A DNA stretch of 62,976 bases, the filler included, from Reclinomonas americana ATCC 50394 (Eukaryota): NCBI GenBank assembly GCA_048213135.1. It is 4 parts of 3 records of this genome, joined end to end, with 100 filler letters (N's around TTAATTAATTAA, not from the genome) between each part and the next. Parts side by side here need not be neighbours in the genome. Positions count along the whole stretch, not along the records: positions 1 to 24,101 come from PS015293.1; 3 more parts are not named here. The stretch is one strand, 5' to 3'. Both the position numbers and the translations under genes were made by a program. How positions within the stretch are numbered: position 1 is the first letter of the stretch; every line of letters starts with the position of its first letter. Below the pieces are notes generated by a model. That model did not search any database and was not told where the DNA came from. It was given only the letters and a program-made list of their open reading frames with translations. Positions 10,801 to 24,101 of this stretch are shown here, piece by piece.

Positions 10801-12608
10801 ACATGCAGTGAGTGAGAAGGGTGGCGGAATGTGCAGATCGGGAGAGCAACAACACACCGGCAAACACCGACACCGTATTCGCGCGGTAGCCCGAAACTGC
10901 GTGTTGTGATGAGGAGGGGGCCAAGTGCAATGCGCATGCACACACACAGAAACAAACCTCCGTTGAACACAAACCAAGTCGACCACGTCAAGGCACCGCC
11001 AATCACTGCATGCAGCATGGTGAGAGAGTGAGAGCACAGAAGGGTGAGTGAATGACACGAAAGATCGCACCAGCCAGCTGCAGGAACACAGAGCAATCAG
11101 ATTAGAGGGAGGAGAGACAACAATGGAAAGCGGAGCAGAAGGCACTGACCGGAATGTTGTGCGCTGTCCAGGAGACACACACACAGACGATGAGCCTCAC
11201 GGACACAGCAGCGGTGCAGTCAACGAAAGAAGACTCACGGACAGGGTTGTACTCGTCCAGCTCCGGGCGGCGTTCAAGCACCAAAGACACAACGAATGCC
11301 GCAGTGCCGGTGGTGGTGTGAATTCTGTGTTCATCTATCAGTAACGCATGTGGAGGCAGCAGCCTCTTTGGCGACTTGCTACGCAACGGTAGACCACCGC
11401 CAAAGTCGAGAACGCCCCACCTGCAGTGCACAATCACGCCGTGTCAGTGAGCATGAAGCGTGAGTGCGGTGGAAAGCAAAGTGACTCACGTTTGCAGAAA
11501 ACCCTGATAATCGCAGACAAAACATACACAAACAGTCAGCACCTCACACACACCATTCCCCTTCTCGAACATGCTCCACACTCGTAACTCCACCCCACAC
11601 CCAGTGCGCCACTGGGTAGTACACCACCAGCGCCCACATGCAGCAGAACAGACAAAACGCGGAAAAGTGCAGTTTCTCAGCCTGGCGACGATCGTCAGAC
11701 ACTCATGCAAGGAGATGGCGAGAGGTGCGCGCACGTACCCACGCGCCCGTGCACACCACAGGAGCCACGGCGGCGAACTGCATCTGCAGATTGACCAGCG
11801 CCATGGTCGGCACCGTCGGTGCTGTGACCGGGGGAAGGAGGATGAGAATTCAGTGGCGACAGAGAGTCCTTGCCAAAGACGGCGAACCAGCCCAGTGGCA
11901 ATCGCCAGTGCCATGCAAGAAAAAGTGCGAAAAGTCGCCAATGACGCCTCCATGGTCGGGTCCAACTGCGATCGCCCATCAGCACACAGAACGAGAGCGA
12001 CACAGCGGAAGGCAGCCAACAAACAAGTCAACGAATACCCGATGCTGTACGATGACACACGCGATGAGATCAACAAACGCAAAAGAAGACGGAAGACGAC
12101 TGCGAGAGATAAAGGGCACGCAACGTGATCCACATGATGGCGCCCAGGATCATGCCAGCAATCGATTGCATGAGCATGTTCAGTCTGCGCACACGAGTTG
12201 AGCCACAGCGTGAGAGACGGCATACACCGTATCTCTCTGCCTCTCTCTTACGCAACGAGTTCATGCGACGAATGATGCCGGCCTGCAGCAGACCGGTTCT
12301 GCGCAGTGACAATTGCATTAGCAAACTGATGCGCACATGCATTCGAGTGAGAGAGAGAGAGCGCGCGCAACGCTGGTGACTGCAGCATGACCTGATCACA
12401 CACACACACGCGCGAACACATAGAGTCAGTGACGAGGAGAGGGAGGCATAGACAGAGAAAGAAGAGAGAAAGAGAGACGCACCAGTGCGGATCCCAAGAT
12501 CAACCAGCCTGCGATCGCACACAGAGAGAGTGAGTGACTTGCTGAGAGAGTGAGAGAGAAGGGGGGTGTTGCACCTGTGTCGGCTGTGCTGAACGCGCAC
12601 TCTGTCAT
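7831..12608 (-). CDS. amt: Amt/Mep ammonium transporter with a C-terminal ankyrin-repeat domain (many short exons)
   Basis: Amt motifs: MTECAFSTADTGWLILGSALVMLQSP, LQMQFAAVAP, YYPVAHWVWG, VLDFGGGLPIH, HNIP, WFVFNGVS, GALAGLAGVTPACGYV, DDALDV, GLDKQESGETAY. These are followed in frame by ankyrin repeats (DYDGNT, DRTGTTPL, DGRTALHLAA, DRWGGTP, DADGRTALH, DRWGNTPL). Confidence 0.93.
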
Positions 12609-12683
12609 CGTCGCAAAGTGAAGGTGTGTCCTTGAGTCCCATCACTGTCGTTGTGTTTTGTGTGAGAGAGGAAGAGAGCTCTC

Positions 12684-14222
12684 ATGGGATGCGATGGAGG
12701 TGTGTGTGTGTCTGTTCTCTCCTTTCTACTCTCTCTCACACGCTCCTTGCGCGCAACAGGAAGCATTGCGAATGCGCGCAAGTTCATTGTGTCGCAGCGA
12801 AAAGCCCCTGAGCGCATGGTGTGTGTGTGTGTCTCTCTCTCCCTCTCCCCCTCTGTGCGTGTGTTACTCATTCTGCGTTTCGTGTTTCATCACAGGATCG
12901 CACAGTCGCGGCAACAACACGTTGGAGTGTGTGCGCATTGAGCAAAGAGCCACTGCAGTTGCGCTTCTCTTCCTTTGCCTTCCTTCTTGTTGCCTGCTCA
13001 CTTGCTCTCTCTCTTGTGCTCTCAACAGAGATCCGATTGTGTGTGATCGCGTGGGCAACATTTTCAACAAGGACTCTGTCATTCGCATGCTGCTGGCCAA
13101 GGATAACCCACCTCCCTTTCGTCACATCAAGAAGCTGAAGGTGCGTGCGTGCGTGTGTGTGTGCGTTCTCTCTTTTGCGTCTCTCTCATCCCTCTCTCTC
13201 GCAGGATGTGATCGATTGCCACTTCACGCCCAACCCCGCATTCAGCGACGACTGCAAGCCCAGCGAGGCCTTCCACGATCAGGCGCGCTTCGTCTGCCCG
13301 ATGACGATGCTGGAGGTCACTGGCACGTTTCGGTGAGTGCGATCACGCAAGGTCCATGTGCAAGTGACCTCGCACCCTTGTCTCATCGCTGTCGTCGCAG
13401 CTTCTCGGTGATTCGCACGTGCGGCCATGTGCTGTCGGAAAAGTGCTTGCGCGAGATGGGATTGGCCAGTGGCGATGTACCGTCGCCGTGCCCCGTGTGC
13501 TCCAAGGAGTTTACTCGTGCCGATGTGGTGGAGTTGAATCCACCGCAGGATGGGATTGCGCCGACATTGTCATCATCGTCGTCATCATCGTCATCGACGA
13601 CGACGACGACAGCTGCAGCAAGTGGTGCTGGTGCGGCCGCGGCCGCTGCAGCTGCCGCCATTGCTGCAGACGGTGAGGGCAGCAGAAAGTCGCGCAAGAG
13701 TGAGGTGCCGGAGGAGGACGGTGTGGCGGCCGCCGGCATGGTGGTGGAGGACTCGACGTCGTCCGAGGAGCGGGACAAGGAGGCGAAGCGCAGGGAGCGC
13801 AAGCGATCGCGACATGGCGACGACGAGGACGAGGCCGAGCGGGCGCGTAAGAAGGCCGCACGGAGGGCAGAGAAGGAGAAGAAGAAGCAGCAGCAGCGCA
13901 AGCCAGCGCCGGCGCGGTCCGCGGAGACCGTCACGATGCACATGGCGCGTGATATGGCTCGAGTGGCAAGCGAGAGGTGAGTGTTGTGAGGGTGGAGATA
14001 GGAGGGGTGCATTTTATTTGGCACACCCACTTGGTTCTCACGCCAACGATTCTCCGACGCCCACTAAATCAATGCATGGACGTGCGTGCGTACAGAGCGC
14101 GGGAGATTACGCACTCGTCGGTGATGAGCTCGGTCTTCACCAACGACAAGCGCGAGGCTGAATTGCTGAAGCAGGAGAGTTACATGGTTCGATCTGGCAT
14201 GAAAGGCCCTAGCCGCGTCTGA
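12684..14222 (+). CDS. RTF2: Replication termination factor 2
   Basis: MGCDGG start; WSVCALSKEPLQDPIVCDRVGNIFNKDSVI, IKKLKDV, FVCPMT, CGHVLSEKCL, CPVC...VVELNP; charged tail. Confidence 0.92.
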
Positions 14223-14295
14223 GAGCAGAAATCACACGCAAAGTGAATACGCGAGGGCATGTGTTTTGTGAGTATGTTTCTGGTTGGGTGGCGGT

Positions 14296-15531
14296 TCACC
14301 TTCTGCGACTGCGTTGCGGCACTGGCGCCGGCGGCTCCTCGTCGACAGTGACTGTCAACTGGAGTGCCTGTGTTCCTCGGCGCACATCGAAACGCATCTC
14401 TTGACCGACGCTTTGTACCCTCTCCAGAATCTACGTGTACCGCGACGACGAGTTGGTGAGAGGAGATGCGTACGACGACGCTGCAGCAAGGGGGCAGTAC
14501 GCAACATCACGAGTGGTATACGCTGGCTTGCCGTCCACTGCAGTCACCACGTCACCAGCCATCAGACCGGCACGCTTCGCGGGAGCGCCCACCACGTCGA
14601 CCACCAGCACTCCTGCACACACACATACACACATCTCTCTCGTGTTGGTGGCGATGACCTATGCAAGCAACACGGAAACCACGCAAACCATTACGAATAT
14701 CGTCGGCGATCTTGGAGCCGAATGTGCGCTTGGAGTCGAACAGCGCGCGCTCCGTGGTCAACGGCAGCAGCACGACGCCAATGTACGGGCGGCGAACCTT
14801 GCCGTGCAAGTCCAGCTGACGCATGGCATCCTTGGCAACGTCGGCGGGAATGGCGAATCCCAGCTGTAGTTAACCGTGAATCCCTTGCACGCCTCACGGA
14901 ACACCACACAAGACCACACACACACATACCTGTCCCAGCGAAACCACCACGACCGTGTTGATTCCAATCACCTGTCCGCGCATGTTCACGAGCGGCCCGC
15001 CCGAGTTGCCAAACGAGATCGGAGCGTCGGTCTGCAGGTAGCTGACACGACGGTCGGTCATACCGAGTTCACTCGCGTGTCGCGACCGGTTGGAGATGAT
15101 GCCTGCGCACGTATATCCCCCAACACTTCAGCTGCTGGGCGACATGAGAACGCAAGGAACATACTCACCACTGGTCACCGTGTTCTGCAGGCCTTGCGGC
15201 GACCCCAGCGCAATCACAAACTCGCCAATACGCACATCGGCCGAGCTGCCGAGCTCGAGGTACGGGAACGGGTCGCCGTTGGGCGGCGGATTGGTGATAC
15301 GCAGCACCGCAATGTCAATGGTCTCGTCGTACGAATCCACACGCGCGTCGAACTGGCGACCATCGGAGAGCGTCACGTCGAGCTGTGACATGCAAGAGAT
15401 CAGAGACTATGCAGAGGAGAAAGGCGACTCCTGCAAGACCTTGCCGCGACCACTGCCCGGGTTCTTTGCCACGTGACAATTGGTGAGGATGATGCCGCGA
15501 GGGTCAATGAGGAAACCCGAGCCTGTCAAAC
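14296..15531 (-). CDS. HTRA2: HtrA/DegP serine protease, protease and PDZ domains
   Basis: Catalytic triad motifs [13 protein letters not shown] (His), DIAVLRI (Asp) and [17 protein letters not shown] (Ser); PDZ motif [13 protein letters not shown]. Confidence 0.92.
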
Positions 15532-15569
15532 ACGCAGTCAGCGGACTGAAGCACAGGCAAGGCAATACT

Positions 15570-15609
<40 letters not shown>

Positions 15610-15806
15610 NNNNNNNNNNNNNNNNNNNNTGAGAAGGGAGGGTGGAAAGAAAACCAGAATGTACAACTGTGTAACTTGGAAAGACAGAAGGCACTGATCA
15701 GTGTCTTGACCCTCTCGACGGCGATCGACGTCGAACGGACGAGAGTTGTCAAGCTGGTCCTGTCGGAGCTCGTTTTACATCCTCTCTTCTCCTCTCCAGA
15801 GCGCCA

Positions 15807-16119
15807 ATGAACTTCATCGCTCGCCTGTCACAGCGCACACAGTCGCTCTTTGCGGCCGGAGCTGCTGCAGTGGTGGGCGTCGCGGCGACAGTGGCTGGAA
15901 CACGCGCAGATGAACATGCCACGTCAGCAACACCAGTGACCGAGCAGCATCCGACCACTGCAGGAGAGGCCGCCAAGGCTGGTGTGTATGTGAGAGAGAA
16001 GTGAGAGAGTGTGTGCGTGTGTGCCTGTTACTCACTCGTGCTGTGCAGCAACTCCGCCTCCACAGACTGTGAGCAACATTCCATTCTCTCCGTACTTTGT
16101 CGCCGATGTGGCGGAAGCG
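15807..16119 (+). CDS. HTRA2: N-terminal exons of the same HtrA protease, on the opposite strand of a gap-flanked contig
   Basis: MNFIARLSQR (mitochondrial targeting-like), then a hydrophobic segment, then SPYFVADVAEA, matching the FIADV helix that precedes the HtrA protease domain. Confidence 0.7.
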
Positions 16120-16481
16120 GTGAGTGAGAGCTCTCACAGACACGCACTTCTCTCTCTTTCCTTCTCTCACTGTGAGTGCGACAGACACTGNNNNNNNNNN
16201 NNNNNNNNNNNNNNNNNNNNNNNNNNNNNNNNNNNNNNNNNNNNNNNNNNNNNNNNNNNNNNNNNNNNNNNNNNNNNNNNNNNNNNNNNNNNNNNNNNNN
16301 NNNNNNNNNNNNNNNNNNNNNNNNNNNNNNNNNNNNNNNNNNNNNNNNNNNNNNNNNNNNNNNNNNNNNNNNNNNNNNNNNNNNNNNNNNNNNNNNNNNN
16401 NNNNNNNNNNNNNNNNNNNNNNNNNNNNNNNNNNNNNNNNNNNNNGGGCGTGAGGTGACACGTAGAAAGCTGGGAGACGCA

Positions 16482-18945
16482 CCGACGGAGATCTTCGACG
16501 CGGCGATCGCGAAGTGGTGAGGAGAGGCCGTGGCGGAACGCGGCAAGTCTCTCGGCAGTGAGGCCGCTAGGCGAGGCACTGCCGTCGACCGGGCTGTCCA
16601 TGGCGGCCGCTGCTGTGTCGAGATCGAACGACTCTGCGTGTGGGGCGAGAGAGTGAGCTTCTCTGTGATACAGAGTGAGTAGACGAGGGACGACGCACCA
16701 TTGAGGAGCACTTGCAACCACGAGACATCGACGCCCAGTTGCTCCAGTCGCGTGCACGTTTTTCGCAGTTTTGCCAACGTGGCCTGCACCAACAACATGA
16801 GTGAGGATGAACAGAGTCGAGCGTGGTGGGTGGCACGCATTCCGTCGCTCACCTGCGTCTCGTCGTCCTCGTCGCCCACCAGCGACTTGCGCATCAGGTA
16901 GGCCTTGCGAAGGAAGCTGTCGGAAAACGCAGAGTGAGACAAGCGAACACTTGCGTCGCACTTGCATTCCACGCACCGAGCCGCGGTTTCGTACTTGCGC
17001 AACCCCGACGCACACACTCCCAGATCGTGCATCACCTCGGCCAGCCGCAAAGTAGACTCGTGCAAATCGTCATCCATTCCATTGGCGTGACTCTGCTCCA
17101 ACACCTGCACGGCCAACACGGCTCTCAGCGACATGGGAAACACACGTTTCATGAAGCAGTCACACCACCAACCTTGCGGACCCATGAGTAGTATTTTTCG
17201 GCCTCGGCAAACTTGTGCAGGGCGAGGTAGCACTTGGCGACATTGTGCTTCAGCACAAAAGTGTTGGGGTCGTCGTGCATTAGCGGAGCGGTGGTCTCAT
17301 CTGCGTCCCACGAGGTGGGCGTGGCGACGGCCGGGCCCTTCTCGTGCACACGCAGTGCCCGCTTGTACATGCGAATGGCGGCACGGTAGTCTCCTTGTGC
17401 GTGGTACACCACACCCACATTGGTGCAGGCGCACGCCAGTGCGGTACCATCTGTGCCAAGAACGTCCTGGCACACACGCAGTGCGTGCTTGTACGCTGTG
17501 AGCGCCGCATCCAGTTCCTGTGCGGGGTGCGAAGGTGAGCCACATTGCACGTGATGAACTCGTCGACGACCAATCCACGAACCGATAGTCTGTAGTGCGC
17601 CAGGCCAGTGTTGATCAGCACCGAGAACTGTGTGGCGTGTGTGGCCAGGTTGCGATCCTCAAACTTGGGCAGCGAGCGCGCCTGACTGTCGAAAAAGACG
17701 GGCTGCGCAAACCAACATTCAGCTCGTTTCTCCAAGACCACCCTGACGTGCACTGCACCCACTCGCACCTGTGCTGCAGCCGTGCCGAGCAGCGCCAAGC
17801 TGCGCTCGTACCACTTGAGAGCCTCGCGCTCCTTGCCGTCCTCGTTGAGCAGTGTGTTGCCGTACGCAAACAGCACCTCGGCGAGGAGCACATCGTCTTG
17901 ACTGCCTGCGGGGTTGCAACACATTGCCGAGCGTCAGATGCACAAGCCTCTGCCAATCAAGCAAATCAAGAGCGAGGAGGTACAAACCAAGCAGCTCCTG
18001 ACACCGCACGAGCAGTCGCCGGGCATTCGCAACATCACCGTTTTCGGCATGAGCACTGATGGAAAACAATGAGCAACAACAACAAAGCAATCAACGCAGT
18101 CACAAAGCACACACACCTCGCCAATCGTTGCAACACATCCTACACGACACAGCAACCGTGAGACAAGACCATCCCTCATCGGTCAGACATCGCGCACGGA
18201 AAACGCACCACATACGCCGCATCGGTGGACTCATACAACCGCTCCGCAATCCGACTGGCCTGCAACCGATACTGCAACGCCTCCTCCGCATCGCCCAGCG
18301 CCTGCGCATCATCAGCCGCCGCCTCGGCCGCATCCAGCTCCTGCATCAGAGACTCCCACTTGCGCTAAAAAGGCCACAGAGAACAAGGTGAGCCAATCAC
18401 CGAGACAAAACCAGCTGCAACACATAGACACAGACCTCCATACGAGGCGCCAATGCCGGATTCCGTCGCCCAAGTGCCCCCGACGCTGCAATAGCCGTTT
18501 GCGCCGCCGCCAGTGCCGACACTCGTCCCGACAGCTGCCGAGCAACAGAGTGAGACAACCGAATCACAGCTCACACACACACAGACACACAGACCAGCTG
18601 ACTCTTTGAGCGTGCGGCCACAGACGCCGACGCCGCACTGACACTGCCCGCACCACCGCCAGTCGGCGATGCCAGTGACGAGGGCGAGGCGAGGCTCGCG
18701 GAGCTCTTGAGCACCAACATGACGTCCTCGTGATGCCGACGATGCTCGCGCGCGAGCTTGGAGAAGCGGACTTGGCGGGGAGGCCGCGCGAGTGTGTCAA
18801 AGCGGCGTTGGCGAGGCGCGTTGGCGGGGCTCTTGTTGCCGCGATCGGCGAGGGCGGAGCGCACTCGGCGACTGCCTGCGGCCGGTGAGGAGGGACTGCT
18901 GCTGCCGTTGTGTGTGGGCGAGGAGAGGTACAGGAAGGAGTCCAT
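16482..18945 (-). CDS. TPR-repeat protein (kinesin light chain/NPHP3-like TPRs), 3' end in gap
   Basis: Repeats such as LAEVLFAYGNTLL..EALKWYERSL, ACACTNVGVVYHAQGDYRAAIRMYKRAL and LAEVMHDLGVC; Ser/Arg-rich N-terminus. Confidence 0.85.
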
Positions 18946-19089
18946 TCTCGAGAGAGACAACAAAGAAAAGCGTGATGATGAGGAGCCGCGTTGGTGGCGA
19001 CTCTCTGCGACCGGACACAGGACGATCGGAAGATTTCGCGCCTAACCGACTTGTCTCTCGTGTTTGGCGCCCTTCTTCACTCGCGTGCA

Positions 19090-20016
19090 TTAGAACCACT
19101 CGTCTTCTGGATCGCGTTCAACGCGCGAGGCGGCTGATACGGCTCTTCGCCATGCATCATCATCATCTTCCTCCTCTCCGGCCGCTGCTCCCGTCGCCTT
19201 GGCAACCTCGTCCTGATCAAAGGCCACGGGTTGCCTCCTTCCTCGTCGGCCGTGCACCTCGTCATCGTCATCATCACTGTCACCGCTTCCTTCTGCCTCT
19301 CGCTCTTCTTCATCGTCGTCTTCTCCCGCGCCTTCGCCACCTTCGCCTTCATCACCAGCTGAAGCAGCAGCAGCAGAAGCAGAGCCCGCAGCAGCACCCG
19401 GTGCCCTCCTAGCAGCCTCCTCAAACGCCGCAGGCCTGCATTTGGTCTCTTCAGTCACCAACTCGCACACTGTCACGCACAGAGATCACGGCTTGGACGC
19501 AACCACAATCCACTCTTCTTCAGCTCCCTAATCTGCGGCTCGCGCAGCACGTGCGTCACCACACCGCGCAGCTTGACGTCGCCAATCTCCTCTGCCGACG
19601 CACCACCCATGTCGACCACCAAATACGACCCTGCACGCGCGCATTCTCACAGATTTAGCAAGACAAGCTCTCGCTGTCTTGCTTGCGTGCTTGCTGGTTA
19701 CCTCGCTTGATCCACATCAGCTTGCGGAACTTGGCCGGAAACATGACCAGAAATGACTCACTTCTGACACTGCCACTCTCATCTCCCGCTGCTTCCGATG
19801 ATGTTGGTGCTGGAGGAGGAGGAGGAAGCCGCACCTCCACTTGATTGGTGCCACGCAAGCTCAACACCTGACGAGGAGAGTGCGTGTGTGAGGTCAGTGA
19901 TGTGAATGTGCACATAGAGCACGCGCGCGCGCCCAGCACACCTGCACCACCACGCGCCGCTCATCCACCACCACGTTGTCCTCCACCATCTCCAAGTGCT
20001 TGCGTCGGTGCGACAT
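19090..20016 (-). CDS. EIF1AD: eIF1A-domain protein
   Basis: MSHRRKHL; VLSLRGTNQVEV; FLVMFPAKFRKLMWIKRGSYLVV; QIRELKKSGLWP; acidic tail. Confidence 0.92.
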
Positions 20017-20274
20017 TTGCAGGCGTTCTGCCGAGTAGAGGTAAGGATTCACACTCCATTTCGCTGGTCCGTCGCGATCATCCATCGTCCGCCTTGTCAC
20101 ACTCACTCACTCGCACGCTCGTCACTCCGCGACACAGACAGCGCACGCATACGCACATTCACGCACTGCGTCTCTCCTGAGTCGCATTTTCGACTGTAGC
20201 CGGAAATATCTGAGGGCCCTCTCTTGCTCTCTCCATCGCAGTCGAGCAGCTCTCTCTCGCGCGTATCGAGCGAG

Positions 20275-23200
20275 ATGAACGAGGACACTGCACTGGACGT
20301 GCTGACGCGCTGGTCGCGGCATGTTCTGCTGTTGCGCAAGAAGGCTCGCGAGCTTGGTGAGTGATGATCAAAACACACACATATCGATAAAAGTGCCGGG
20401 TTGTGACTGAGTGTGTGTGGTTTCCCTCGCAGCCACTCAGTTCCGCTCGTCACCGACGGGCAAGCTGGTCGCGCGACGGCACTGGATCGTCAAGGAGATC
20501 ATCTCCACGGAGCGCACGTATCAGAGTGATCTGCAGCTGATTGTGGAGGTGTGTGTGAGCGATCACTCCTGTTCTCTCTTCCTCACTTCCTCAAGCACTC
20601 TCTGTCATCTCTCGCTAGGCGTTTGCCAAGCCGCTGGCCTCGCGTGCGGGATCACGGAAGCAGATCATCACGGAGGAGCAATGCTCCACACTCTTCTCCA
20701 ATGGTATTTTCGCTCTCAATCGTCTGGTGCTGCTGCTGGGCACTCACTGTTCACACAGTCATGGACTTGTGCGAGGTTCATCGGCGATTCCTGCGCTCAC
20801 TCGACACGGTGCACACCGAGGCCGTGCAAAAGGGCTCGGCGACTCCGATTGGCGAGCTGTTTGTGGAACTGGCGCCGTCACTGCGCGTGTACTCGACGTA
20901 CATCAACAACTACGACGAGGCGTCGCAGCTGCTGACGTCGTTGATGGAGTCGAAAAAGGCCACGTTCCGCACGTTTGTGAAGGAGGCCGAAAGGACGGAC
21001 GGCATGCGTGGTCGCGACCTGACCTCCATGCTCATCCTGCCCGTGCAGCGCATCCCGCGTTATGTGATGCTGCTGAAGGATCTGCTACGCAACACTCCCG
21101 ATGCGTACGTCGACTTTGTGCACGTCAAGCAGGCGCTTAAAGTGCTGGAAGAGGTGGAGTGGTGGAAGTGGTATTGTTCCGGGCAGGCAAAAGTTGATGT
21201 GCTCACCAACGGTCGCGACACAGGTCACCATTTTGTTGAACGAGAAGAAGCGCGAGGCCGAGACCCACCAAAAGTTTTCGGCCTACAAGCGCAAGTTTTT
21301 GAGTGAGGAGTTTGATGCGCTGGCGTCGCCAGGTCGGCACATTTTGATTGACGGGGAGCGGATGCGCATGCGGAGTGAGCCGCCGGGCTTGGTCGACGGT
21401 CTTTACACGGTGTTGATGATGAGCGACCTGTTGGTGGTGGCTCTCGACACGCAGAACCGCGGGAAGCTGTTTTTGACACAGATTTATTACTTGGGCTTTT
21501 TGAACTTGATTGACTCCCAGGTGCGCTCCTCTCGCTCCTTTCGCTCCTCCCCTCTTCTCCCCTCACTCACTCATCATACTCCTTTCATCGCCTAGGTCCA
21601 ATCCGTACCACTTCCCGCCTTGCTACCGGGCCAAAAGGCGGCACAGAGCGACAAGACCAATGCTTTCAGTTTCCGCGCCAGCTTCATTCGGGAACGTGTA
21701 CATTTTGTGTTTGACGAACTTGGCGAGGCGACGAACTGGTTCTTGACGCTCAAGTCCGCACAAGAAGTCATGCAGGCACAATTCCACGCGCAAGGTCATT
21801 ATGCTTTTTTCCGGCTGCTGGCGCGATGTCTCCGATCTTGTTGTCCTCATCACTTCATCGCAGGTCTCTCGTCACCAATCGCACTGGTGGACGAGCGCAA
21901 GAAGCTGCTGCGCACCTGCTGTCTCTTCCTGCTCATGGATATCGTGGTGGAGGATCTGCAAGTGCTGCTGGCCCCGCTCCTGTCGCACACGGAATTGTTC
22001 GAGGAGCAGATTGCCACCCTGCGTGCCAATCTGGACGCGTGCGTCACCCCTCGCCCCGATCTGGCCGAGGAACTGGCGGCGGCCGAGAACGAGTATCTGC
22101 AATTCAAGGAGGTCTACGACTTGAAGAAGATGCCACTGGACATGGTGAGCGATGCACGTGGAGGCTCCGCAGCTTGTCTCTCTCTCCTTCTTCCCCTGTG
22201 CTCACACGAACGCGCAGTATCAAGAGCTCGAGCAGCAATTGGTCACCATGCGACAGGCGGCCGACGACCGGTTAGAGGCGATTGACGATCAGTTGTGCCG
22301 CATCTTGAACAACAACGAGGAGGAGTTCTTTAGACTCTTCGATTGCCCGCACTTGGACTTTGCGGCCTCGTGGCTGGGCGATCCACACAGTTGCGCACTT
22401 CCGTTCAAGTACCGGTGATAGCACATATGTCTTACTCTCGGTGCGTGCAGACATGAGCCTCATTCCCATGCTGCAACATTTGATGCCGTCGCAAGCGGCC
22501 ACCTTCCTCTCCGCTCGCGAAAGTCGGCTCAACTTTAACGCACGCCGCCGTCCGTCGCTCGAGCAGGTCACCGTGCAGGAGGAGTCGCAGGAGGCAGTCG
22601 CCACCGAGTCGGCCGACGCCGCCGTGGTGCACGAGGAGTCGCCAGCACCGGTGAAATCCAGTGAGCCTGCTAGCAACGAGGCTGCTGAGCTGTCAGCCGC
22701 CGCCGCCGCCGCGTCGAGTGACAACCAGCCAAGACCAACGACCCCGAACAGGAATGCAGAAGAGGGAGACGGGATGGCCAGTGTGCCTGCAGCTGCGCAC
22801 TACTCGCCACCATCTGTCAAGCCAGCGTCGCCGGTGATGCAGTCGTCGGCGGAGGCCGCCGGGATGCTGTCGCCTCTGTCGCTGACGACCGAGGAAGACA
22901 TGTCGATCACCGATGCTGCTCCTCTGTCGTCGTCGCCCGTGTTATCGGCGGTCGCCCTGGAGGCATCACCACCTCGGCCACCACCTCTCGAGTCTCCACT
23001 GCACCTCTCTGCCATTTCGCCACCAGAGGCGGCCTCACGTCGTCCGCCACCGCGTCCTGTGCGCGCCGAGTCACCGAGGTCTTTGAATCACTCTGTTCTG
23101 CGCTCCTCGGCGCCCCTCTCTTCTCTTCACTCATCCACTCTGTGTGTTCATTCAGCGCTCCCGCCGTGGACCCAGAGACAGTGCTTATCGCGGCCAGCCG

Positions 23201-24101
23201 ACGGCACTTGCGACGGCGGCACAGTCGCGCCGGCAGCATTTCCGTGTCGGAAACCGACAGCATGAGTCCGAAGAGTGTGGCATCGTCGGCCGACGGCGGC
23301 GAGGCGCCGGCGACACCCGTCCCGATCGAGTCGTTGCAGTCGTCGTCGGCCACTGCCCGTCTCGACTTGTCGCTGCTGCTGCAGCAGAACAGTGCCGGAT
23401 CGGGACCGCTGCTGACTGCGTCGACGCTGCTGGGCGAGCTGCAGAACGACATTCGGATGCACATGCTGAACATGTTCCGCAGCATGGCACAGGGAACGTC
23501 GTCGACGACCGCAGTGCTTCCGGCGCTGCAGATGTTGCACAGCAACGGCGCAGGCAGTGGCACTGGCACTCGCAAGCGCAGTTCGTCGACGGGTCGCGCG
23601 CCACCCGGCAGCGGCGCTGCGGATCCACATCGTCGACGCAGCTCCGACCTCACGTCCGCCCTGGCCGACTCGGCACTGTCGTCCACCGATTCATCATCGA
23701 CGCAACCCTCGTCGGTGTTCTTCACCACGCCAGCCAGGGCGCCATCACCAGATATCGCCCGCTCGCGTCCGCGTAGCAATGCACGCGCCGTCAGCACCGA
23801 GCGTTTCATCAACCCCGAACTCAACTTGCTGACGAGCCTGCAAATCCCCGACTTGCCCAAGCCAGCCATGTCCATGCCGGTCTCGTTCTCGGCGTACGCA
23901 GGCACCGGCAGCTCGTCCGTCCGGTGCGTGCCTGAGAGCTCATCCCTCTTCATTCTTTGCAGGTGTTCCCATTGCTCACTTGCTTCTCCGCGCACAGACG
24001 GCCGTCGCACATTGACACGTCCGCCTCGTCTCCCTCATCCACTGCCACCGCCTCGGCGGCGAGTGGAGCGGCACCGCCCACCGCTGCAGCAGCGACAGAC
24101 G
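20275..24101 (+). CDS. Dbl-family RhoGEF (DH-PH) with coiled-coil and long Ser/Pro-rich tail (truncated at scaffold end)
   Basis: IVKEIISTERTYQSDL, YSTYINNYDEA and LILPVQRIPRYVMLLKDLLRNTP, followed by a PH-like region ending NWFLTL. Confidence 0.92.
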
